Shown in pieces: positions 7,854 to 14,920 of a stretch of DNA of 24,000 nt. Numbering within the stretch: the first letter of the stretch is position 1; the number at the start of each line of letters is the position of its first letter. The stretch covers positions 20,790 through 44,789 of the forward strand of contig JAQWSL010000007.1 in assembly GCA_029243225.1 (NCBI GenBank), given 5' to 3'. Made by a program: the position numbers and the translations under genes. This DNA comes from Flavobacteriales bacterium (lineage in GTDB: Bacteria; Bacteroidota; Bacteroidia; Flavobacteriales_D; Parvicellaceae). The notes under the pieces are model-generated. The model was not told where the DNA came from. It did no database searches and was given only the letters and a program-made list of their open reading frames with translations.

Positions 7854-8942
7854 TTAAATGTATTTAGGTATAAAAATACCCATATTTAAGTAAATTCCAT
7901 TGTCAATGTTATGAATTTCAAAATCTATTTTTGAATGATTATACCTTCTAATATCTATTAATCCAACTCCTGCACTGTTGTTCTCAATAAAGGAATTTTC
8001 TTTTAAGGCTTTAAGGTACTGAGTTGTTAGTTCTCCAACAGAATAAGCATTTATCTTAGAAATGAATTCTTCCATTTCAGCATAATCTCCACTTTTCAGA
8101 AAATTACCTGTACTCATGTAAAAGCCATCTTTGTTTTTAAAAATACAAAACGACCCATGCAGAACGTTATTTACTTTTTTCCCATGCCGAGAAATATTCT
8201 GAATCAGTTCAACTCCAGTATGAAACATTCTAAAATAATTAACATTTTTTTTCCTTGAATATTTTGGAATATTAGCTTTTAAAATAGCCAACAAAGCTTT
8301 AATGTTTTCTTTAGAAAAATTGCCATTATAAAAAAACATAACATCATTTTTTCTAAGCATAGAGTAAATTTCAATATTTTCTTCAATTTTATTTTTTTCA
8401 ATTAGCTGTAAAGTTTCACCTTTTAATTTGGCTAAATCAATTTGATAGCTGAATTGATACGAATCCGAACTTAATTTTTGGAAATCTTTTTGTATTGGGT
8501 TTTTTGATTTTCTAGCCATTTCTATTAAGCCAAGTCCACCGCCACCCTTTTCTGTAAAAGCACCATTTTTTAATATGTCTCTATATAATTCTTTTAATTG
8601 ATTCTCATCAAGAGAATTCAATTCGGAGAGCCTAGTACTCAAAAATTCATATGCTGTTAATCCAATCTTATTTGATGAGAAAATATGGATGCTATCTTCT
8701 AAGTTTCTTACCCCAAAACAGTCATTTTTCACTTTCTCATCTGAGTATCGGACAATGTTTTGAAAAACTTCAACCATTAAAAAAGATAATTTTTTCTTTA
8801 CTGCCTGACTTGATTCATGTTTAGCAAGAGATACAATAAATTCTGAAAAATGATCATTTAGTAATCCATTGTAATAAATACTTAGAGTATCTCTTCTGAA
8901 ATAATCTTTAATTTTAAATATTTTATTAAGATAGCTTTTCAA
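7854..8942 (-). CDS. Tandem double SiaB-like GHKL-fold Ser/Thr protein kinase (two RsbW/SpoIIAB/SiaB-type domains in one chain)
   Basis: The two halves align with each other. N half (about nt 8403-8942): IYYNGLLN, VEVFQNIVRYS, FSSNKIG, EKGGGGLGLIEMARKS. C half (about nt 7857-8402): FFYNGNFS, VELIQNISRHG, MSTGNFL, NNSAGVGLIDIRRYN. ExxxNxxxH/Y resembles the GHKL N-box and the Gly-rich GLGL/GVGL the G2 box. The first in-frame start is TTG at 8940-8942, with an upstream stop at 8958-8960 and no nearby ATG, so the start is slightly uncertain. Confidence 0.7.
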   Translation of the reverse strand: MKSYLNKIFKIKDYFRRDTLSIYYNGLLNDHFSEFIVSLAKHESSQAVKKKLSFLMVEVFQNIVRYSDEKVKNDCFGVRNLEDSIHIFSSNKIGLTAYEFLSTRLSELNSLDENQLKELYRDILKNGAFTEKGGGGLGLIEMARKSKNPIQKDFQKLSSDSYQFSYQIDLAKLKGETLQLIEKNKIEENIEIYSMLRKNDVMFFYNGNFSKENIKALLAILKANIPKYSRKKNVNYFRMFHTGVELIQNISRHGKKVNNVLHGSFCIFKNKDGFYMSTGNFLKSGDYAEMEEFISKINAYSVGELTTQYLKALKENSFIENNSAGVGLIDIRRYNHSKIDFEIHNIDNGIYLNMGIFIPKYI

Positions 8943-9084
8943 ATGTTGTTTTAATTCTTAAGGTGATTATCTCAATTAAAATACTCTATTTGTTTGAAAG
9001 TAATCAGCAAGTTTGTTGTTTAAGTGTTACAATTTGTTCTTAAAAGTTATTGGAAATAATAATTTCCTATAATTTATGGAAATA

Positions 9085-10575
9085 TTAAATACATTTAACT
9101 TCTAGGGTTAATTTATTTAGTATTTCAACCATAGCCAAGGTATCTAATTTGCAGTATTCTAGTAAATCTTTTCTCGCGTTTTGATTGTTGCCTTTAAAAG
9201 TTCCGCTCATCATTTGAGAAAAGGTGTGACTAGCCATACCGCCCTCCTTAATTGTTAAACTTTCATAAGATAAATTGTTTATCATAGCAGGTAGAACGTT
9301 TTTAATTGAGTAAGAGCCTTTCATTTCTTTTTTATAGTACCATTTTTTTTGGAATGGAACCATTAAGTCTTTAATCCTAGAAATAAGTTGTTTTAATTCG
9401 ATTTCATACTCAGGAAATGCTTCTGCTAACTGTTTTATTTTGCTGCTTTCAAAACTTTTGTTATAAACAATAATATCCCCTGATCCTCTACAGGATTTAA
9501 TTAAATTTTTAATAAAATTTAATCTAGGATCAGAGCCATCTGCAACTGCCAAATGTTCATAATGAGTGGTTTTACCATTCCTTTCTTTTTGAATGTGTAA
9601 AGAAAATTGAAAAACCATGTGTTCATAAGGTTTTGAGTTGTTGAAAATTGGCACAGCAGAACTAAATGTTTCAAAATCTAGATAATATAAAGGGAGTTGA
9701 AGTTCTGAAATGAAATTTGATATTTTAATTTCATTAATTATTTTTTCGTTTGATTGCTCACATGAAACTTGAATTTTTTGATTCTTACTAAGTGGATAAT
9801 CTGTTGGGATATCATCTATTTTTAGAATTCCCTTTTTAAAAAGATCAAATTTCTTTTCTTGACTAAGGTTAGAAATATCAAAAACTGAATATTTAGGAAT
9901 GTTTTCCCAGCAATTGCCAATGAAATCACAGTTGTATGGTGATGTACAATGGGGACCTATATCTTTTGGAGGAATGTCTTTTTGATTTAATATTTTTTTT
10001 TGATTTTCAATCTCTTTAGAAATATCCATCTCTATTTTTGAAATTTCATCTTTTACTGAAGTAACTGTAAAGAGTTTTTCTAAATCGAGCTCATTTTTTT
10101 TAACATATTTATTATTAATGTGAACAATAAAAACATCTTCTAATTTTAGACCCGAATTTTCAATAACATAAGATTGAATTGCCGCATCATTAATGTGAGT
10201 TTTAGAAATACTTGTTGAGCTTTTAACTTCATAAGCTTTCCAACCATTTTCATTTTTAACTAAAATGTCTAAAATTGCTAATACACCATTAAATTGAAAT
10301 GCAGCTTCGTAAATTACTTTTTTACCTCCGTGAATACACAATTGAGTTTTTTTTATTGCATCTTCAAAATTATAAAATGTTTTAGTAGTACAATCTATTC
10401 CATTGGGGAATAGCTGCTGAGCTAATTCACCGACCATATCACCTTGATTGAAAATTGCTTTCTGCATTTCAGAAAGTTCATCTTTAAGGTCTCTATTGTG
10501 TTTGTTTAAGTAGAGTGATTTTGAACATTTTAAACCTCTTATAAAGGTTGATTTGGACAATACATGTTTTTGCAT
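9085..10575 (-). CDS. DUF2779-family protein: N-terminal Cas4/RecB-like PD-(D/E)xK nuclease fold with a 4-Cys cluster, plus a C-terminal DEDD-like (RNase H fold) exonuclease-like domain
   Basis: The N-terminus MQKHVLSKSTFIRGLKCSKSLYL is typical of DUF2779 as I recall it. D...EVK nuclease motif (LAILDILV...WKAYEVKSS, about nt 10211-10285). Cys17 plus CTSPYNCDFIGNC (nt 9907-9948). C-terminal YYLDFETF (DxE), VYNKSFES and EYCKLDTLAM (Yx3D). Confidence 0.75.
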   Translation of the reverse strand: MQKHVLSKSTFIRGLKCSKSLYLNKHNRDLKDELSEMQKAIFNQGDMVGELAQQLFPNGIDCTTKTFYNFEDAIKKTQLCIHGGKKVIYEAAFQFNGVLAILDILVKNENGWKAYEVKSSTSISKTHINDAAIQSYVIENSGLKLEDVFIVHINNKYVKKNELDLEKLFTVTSVKDEISKIEMDISKEIENQKKILNQKDIPPKDIGPHCTSPYNCDFIGNCWENIPKYSVFDISNLSQEKKFDLFKKGILKIDDIPTDYPLSKNQKIQVSCEQSNEKIINEIKISNFISELQLPLYYLDFETFSSAVPIFNNSKPYEHMVFQFSLHIQKERNGKTTHYEHLAVADGSDPRLNFIKNLIKSCRGSGDIIVYNKSFESSKIKQLAEAFPEYEIELKQLISRIKDLMVPFQKKWYYKKEMKGSYSIKNVLPAMINNLSYESLTIKEGGMASHTFSQMMSGTFKGNNQNARKDLLEYCKLDTLAMVEILNKLTLEVKCI

Positions 10576-10610
10576 GTATGTAAATTACAAAATCAAATAA
10601 GATTTTATTA

Positions 10611-11762
10611 CTATTTGTTGCTAATAAATTTTGAAGAAAAAAGATTTCGTTTGTTATCCTCAATTAATATAAAATAGATACCTTTTTTATAGTAATTGTT
10701 TAGCATGATTTGATCATTGCTAATGTCTTTGATAAATGTAATTTCTTTACCTAAATTATTGATGATCTTTAAGCGGTAAGGTTTCTTAATTTTATTAGTT
10801 ACTTCAATCACGAAATTTGTTTCAATTGGATTGGGCATTACTTTAATGTATTTAGATTCTTGTATGTTATTTTCATTAATTGAAGAAACAATGCCATTTA
10901 ACATACTAACAACTTCGTTAGTATTCCCTAAATCGTAAAAATCTACAGTTAAAAAATTGGGAAATTTGTTTTTTTCAATTTGACATTGAAGCGCTCTATT
11001 AATAAAAAAAGGATTTGAATTAGCTACAGACGATGCATTTTCATCTCCTGTTCCAAGTATAGTTGTTACAAAATGATTGAAAATAAATAAATCATTTATT
11101 GAATCTCCTCTGTTAAAGTCACAATTAAAGTCATTTTGATTATTTACTGAATAATGTGTTTCTACTGCATAATCCCATACATAATGATACCATTGTTGAT
11201 TAGCTGTTGCATCATCAACATCTGAAAAAATTACTAATCTGGTGTTGTTGTTTATCATATTTTGTAAAGTAGGCCACGAACTTGTTGTGTCGTGTGTATA
11301 AAGAAAAGTGTTTAACCCAGATTGATTAATTACACTTTCAATAGAATTTGCATCTGTATAGCATTCAAAAATAATAGTAACAACTTCATTCGTGTTGGTG
11401 GCTAAAAACTGATTAATTTGATTTAAGTAATCAATTAAAGGATTAGACCCGAGAATTGCAGATCCATGATATACCATAGGTGTTCCACCACTATCGTAAA
11501 CATCAAGCATTAATGCTCTTACACCATTATTAAGTTGTGTCACAATGTTGAAATTCTGATTTGGTAAACTAAAATTACCTTCTGCTGAATTAAATGAATT
11601 GTGTGTTGTAAGATACGCTACAGTATTGTAGGTTTTGTTGCATAAACTAGCAGAGCCATTGCATTGAGCTTTTGCTGTAAAAGAAAATAATATTACTATA
11701 ATTGAGAAAATTAATTTCAATGAATAAGTTTTAAATTTCAACACCAATAACAAGAACATCAT
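10611..11762 (-). CDS. Secreted PI-PLC X-domain-like phosphodiesterase with a T9SS type A C-terminal sorting domain
   Basis: Signal peptide ending FSFTAKA-QC. PLC-like TIM-barrel motifs YLTTHNSFNS, GVRALMLDVY and MVYHGS. C-terminal 80 aa is a Por_Secre_tail-like CTD. The ATG at 11762 overlaps the upstream gene by 32 nt. An in-frame TTG at 11741 would give a more canonical signal peptide (MKFKTYSLKLIF...) and an 11-nt overlap. Confidence 0.8.
   Translation of the reverse strand: MMFLLLVLKFKTYSLKLIFSIIVILFSFTAKAQCNGSASLCNKTYNTVAYLTTHNSFNSAEGNFSLPNQNFNIVTQLNNGVRALMLDVYDSGGTPMVYHGSAILGSNPLIDYLNQINQFLATNTNEVVTIIFECYTDANSIESVINQSGLNTFLYTHDTTSSWPTLQNMINNNTRLVIFSDVDDATANQQWYHYVWDYAVETHYSVNNQNDFNCDFNRGDSINDLFIFNHFVTTILGTGDENASSVANSNPFFINRALQCQIEKNKFPNFLTVDFYDLGNTNEVVSMLNGIVSSINENNIQESKYIKVMPNPIETNFVIEVTNKIKKPYRLKIINNLGKEITFIKDISNDQIMLNNYYKKGIYFILIEDNKRNLFSSKFISNK
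10614..10853 (-). other. T9SS type A C-terminal sorting domain (Por_Secre_tail-like) of the PLC-like protein
   Basis: KYIKVMPNPIETNFVIEV...GIYFILIEDNKRNLFSSKFISNK. The PNP-x-x-x-hydrophobic start and the GxY-hydrophobic-K/R ending are typical of type A CTDs. Confidence 0.75.
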
Positions 11763-14700
11763 CTAATTGTTCTTCATTTTTTTTCCAAGAATTGAACTTT
11801 TCCTTAAAGATATCCTTTTGTTTATTTAATGGAGTTTTGTCTAATTCTAAAATTAATTCTTTAAATCTTCTAATTAGAAATTTTTTATTTTTTTCCCCTC
11901 CAAATTGATCAATATACCCATCAGAGAACATGTAAATTCTATCTCCTTTCTTAATAGGAATCTCTAGCTCAATTGGTGTCTCATTTCTTTGATTCATCTC
12001 TCCAACAGAACACGGCATGGATTCGAAAGTATGTATTTCTTCCCCATCCCATAAAATAATGGGTCTCCTTGCACCAGAAAAAGTAAATATATTTTCATTT
12101 TGGTTAAAGGCACAGATTGATAAATCTATACCATCTTTCTGAAAAGAATCTCCACTTCTATGAATTGAATTATAGATTCCAATGTCTAAAAGTTCTAAAG
12201 CCAAGCCCGGAGAGTTTACTTTTGGATCTAAAATAATTTGATTCATTAACTCACTTCCTAACATCGAAAGAAATGCTCCAGGAATTCCATGACCTGTACA
12301 ATCGGCACATGCAATTATTAGGTAATCACCTTTTTTCTTAAACCAATAAAAGTCTCCACTTACGATGTCTCTTGGTTGGTTGTAAATAAAAAAGTCAGAA
12401 AAAAAAGATTCTAAAATTTTCACATTTGGAAGCACTGCTTGTTGAATGTTCTTTGCGTAATTAATGCTATCTGTAATGTTGTTATTTTTGAGTTCTATGA
12501 TTTCTTTTTGTTTGGTCACTTTTATTTTTTCTTTATTTAATTCTCTTGTGCGTAATTCAACTTTTTCTAATAATAAAACACGATTTTTCTCTGCCTTTAT
12601 GCTTCTGAATTTTAATACTAGATAAAACGAAATGAGAACTACAAAGCAAATTAATATTATGAACCATTCTCTTTCCCAAAAGGGAGGGATGATTTCAAAT
12701 TCATAACTGATTAAATCAGATTCAACCATATCTCCATTGGCCCCTTTAATATATAAAGTGTATTTTCCTGAAGGTAAGTAAGAATAGATTGCTCTATTTC
12801 TTTTACTCCAAGGAGACCAGTCTTTATCAAAATTTTTTAATTTATAGCTGTATGTAACTTGATGGGGATTTCCAAAATGCAAACCAATGAATTCAAATGA
12901 TAGATGATTCTCTGTATGTTTAAACTTCTTCTTAGAATTTTCAATTTCGTTTTTAAGAAATAATTTTTTACTTGTAAAATGCATTAAAGGCGGAATAGAA
13001 TCAAAAGTTATTTCTTTAGCGTTACACTTAATTGCTCCCTTAACTGTACCAAACCATAAATCACCATTTTTATCTTTGAATTTTGCATTTTGATTTGTTT
13101 CAACTCCAGTGAAACCTTGATTTATTCCATAATGTTTGAATAAGTTTTTATTTCCAGTTGAATTAGAACCTGTTGTGTCACTGATAACATCTAATCCAGA
13201 ATTTGTGCCTACCCAAACTTTACCGAAATTATCTGCAATTATTAGGTAAGGGTTGTTAGAGCTTAATCCGTTTTTAGAATCAAACTGTATGAATTTTGTA
13301 CCATCGTATTTAAAAATACCTCCTCCGATAGTACCTACCCAAATATTTCCATTAATGTCTTCAGTAATACTTCCAGCTCTTAGATTAAGGAGTCCATCTT
13401 CATGGTTTAGTGTTTGAAAACCCTCACCATCCCAAACTGAAACCCCAGCATCATCAGAACCAAAATATACTAATCCCTTTTTTGAGGAGAATACTGTCCA
13501 AAACTTGTTGCTACAAAGACCGTCAGATTTAAAGAATGATTCAATTTGAATTTCTTTTAGAGATATGTCAATTTTGCTAATACCATTGTTATAGCTCGCC
13601 AGCCAAATAAATCCATTAATGTCTTGACAAATACTAATTATATAATTGTCAGATATTCCATCCTCAGTTGTTAAATGCTGAACTAGATTGAAATTTTCAT
13701 CAATTATATAGACTCCATCATTAGTGCCAAGCCATATGTTATTTTTATTATCTTCAAAAACAGATCTTAAATTATTTAATTTAAAATTGAATAATTTACT
13801 TACATGGATTATGTCAGTAGTTGATTTTCTCTTTTTATTATCAATTAATATTACATCTAATTCACTTTTTGCACCAACCCATAATCGGTTGTTGTGATCC
13901 ATTAAAAGTGTTGTAACTTGATTGTTCTGAAGCCCATAAAATTTATCGTAAGCCTGAAACTTTGCTGTAATAACTTGCGAAACACCATCGCCTTCAGAAC
14001 CGATCCATAAATTGTTTTCATTGTCAAAAAGTATGGTGTTTATCTTGTTTGAGAGTAAATTATTTTTTGTAGTTAATGCTTGGATATAATTTTCTTTAAA
14101 AATTAGAGCACCATTTTCTTTATTTGAAACATAAATTTCATTGGTTTTTGAAATTGCAATATCTGTAAATGTGTTTTCAAGGCTGATTTCTGAAACAACT
14201 TCATTTTCTTTGAAGAAAGTTAATCCTTTTGATGAAATAACAATTAATTCATTATTAGTGTCCCAGTCAAAGTCATAAACTATTGATTGGTCCAATAGTT
14301 TTGATTTGAATTTTAAATTCTCATCTAGAATAATAAGTCCATTACTTGTTGCTATATATAGTTGTTTGTTATTGGATTTAATTTCATTAAGTCTAGTGAG
14401 TTTGTTAGTGTCAACAGAGATAACATTTTTAATGTGTATTGAGTCGTTTGTTAATTCTAAATTGAAAATACCATCAGAGGAGCTAATTCCCATCACGCCA
14501 TTCTTCCAATTTGTTAAAGCAATAATATCGGAGTTTAATTCTTTAGGATGATTGTTAAATATCTTGTTTTTGGAAATACAAGAAAAACCATCATATCTAT
14601 GTCCAGTCCAAATGTTACTGTAATTATCTTCGCAAATAGCTTTAACATGATTATCTGCTAAATTGTTTTTTTGACTGAAAGTGTTAAAATCTATTCCGTT

Positions 14701-14880
14701 AAACCTTGAAACCCCTCCTTGTGTTCCAAGCCAAATGAACCCTTTTGAGTCTTGAAATATATCGTATACACTAGATTGAGGAAGTCCTTCAGCTAAATTG
14801 AAGTTTTTAAAATTGAATTGTTGTGCATATGAATTTAATATGAGATGAATACAAATAAGTATTACAAAACTTTTTTTCAT
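11731..14880 (-). CDS. Second membrane sensor phosphatase, paralogous in architecture to 4273-7509: signal peptide, beta-propeller repeats, Y_Y_Y, TM, coiled coil, PP2C/SpoIIE phosphatase
   Basis: Signal peptide MKKSFVILICIHLILNSYAQ. Propeller blades (DSKGFIWLGTQGGVSRF, NENNLWIGSEGDG, KNGDLWFGTVKG). Y_Y_Y VTYSYKLKNFDKDWSPW...YSYLPSGKYTLYIKGAN. TM WFIILICFVVLISFYLVLKF. PP2C region nt 11734-12465 with INYAKNIQQAVLP, SGDFYWF, DCTGHGIPGAFLSM, DGIDLSI, FSDGYIDQ, QLDDVLVIG. Confidence 0.9.
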   Translation of the reverse strand: MKKSFVILICIHLILNSYAQQFNFKNFNLAEGLPQSSVYDIFQDSKGFIWLGTQGGVSRFNGIDFNTFSQKNNLADNHVKAICEDNYSNIWTGHRYDGFSCISKNKIFNNHPKELNSDIIALTNWKNGVMGISSSDGIFNLELTNDSIHIKNVISVDTNKLTRLNEIKSNNKQLYIATSNGLIILDENLKFKSKLLDQSIVYDFDWDTNNELIVISSKGLTFFKENEVVSEISLENTFTDIAISKTNEIYVSNKENGALIFKENYIQALTTKNNLLSNKINTILFDNENNLWIGSEGDGVSQVITAKFQAYDKFYGLQNNQVTTLLMDHNNRLWVGAKSELDVILIDNKKRKSTTDIIHVSKLFNFKLNNLRSVFEDNKNNIWLGTNDGVYIIDENFNLVQHLTTEDGISDNYIISICQDINGFIWLASYNNGISKIDISLKEIQIESFFKSDGLCSNKFWTVFSSKKGLVYFGSDDAGVSVWDGEGFQTLNHEDGLLNLRAGSITEDINGNIWVGTIGGGIFKYDGTKFIQFDSKNGLSSNNPYLIIADNFGKVWVGTNSGLDVISDTTGSNSTGNKNLFKHYGINQGFTGVETNQNAKFKDKNGDLWFGTVKGAIKCNAKEITFDSIPPLMHFTSKKLFLKNEIENSKKKFKHTENHLSFEFIGLHFGNPHQVTYSYKLKNFDKDWSPWSKRNRAIYSYLPSGKYTLYIKGANGDMVESDLISYEFEIIPPFWEREWFIILICFVVLISFYLVLKFRSIKAEKNRVLLLEKVELRTRELNKEKIKVTKQKEIIELKNNNITDSINYAKNIQQAVLPNVKILESFFSDFFIYNQPRDIVSGDFYWFKKKGDYLIIACADCTGHGIPGAFLSMLGSELMNQIILDPKVNSPGLALELLDIGIYNSIHRSGDSFQKDGIDLSICAFNQNENIFTFSGARRPIILWDGEEIHTFESMPCSVGEMNQRNETPIELEIPIKKGDRIYMFSDGYIDQFGGEKNKKFLIRRFKELILELDKTPLNKQKDIFKEKFNSWKKNEEQLDDVLVIGVEI

Positions 14881-14920
14881 AATTAAATTTCCTTTTCACA
14901 AAGGTAATTACTTTAGTAAT

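Noticed and set aside
9052-9067. Hairpin GGAAAT-AATA-ATTTCC just downstream of the DUF2779 stop, as a possible intrinsic terminator
   Set aside because: Only a 6-bp AT-rich stem, and no U-tract follows it on the minus strand. Too weak to call a terminator.
9993-10001. Homopolymeric A/T tracts in coding regions as possible phase-variation switches, e.g. a 9-nt T run at 9993-10001 in the DUF2779 gene and 7-8-nt runs elsewhere in that gene and in the PLC-like gene
   Set aside because: Runs of this length are expected at roughly 30% G+C and mostly encode Lys/Phe/Asn-rich segments. None lies at a 5' end in a pattern typical of contingency loci.
9085-10575. Cas4-like features of the DUF2779 protein as evidence for a CRISPR-Cas locus
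   Set aside because: No CRISPR repeats and no cas1, cas2 or effector genes anywhere in the window. The PD-(D/E)xK plus 4-Cys arrangement is shared by many non-CRISPR nucleases.
14306-14551. 81-aa plus-strand ORF inside the second sensor-phosphatase gene
   Set aside because: Antisense to a well-supported CDS. Its hydrophobic, Leu/Ser/Ile-rich translation is typical of reverse-frame artefacts.
14901-14914. Near-palindrome AAGGTAATTACTTT (perfect core GTAATTAC at 14904-14911) between the PKD gene stop and the sensor gene start; a possible operator or hairpin
   Set aside because: My rough estimate is that well over a hundred perfect 8-bp palindromes are expected by chance in 24 kb of this composition. 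The stem is short and AT-rich with no flanking T-tract.
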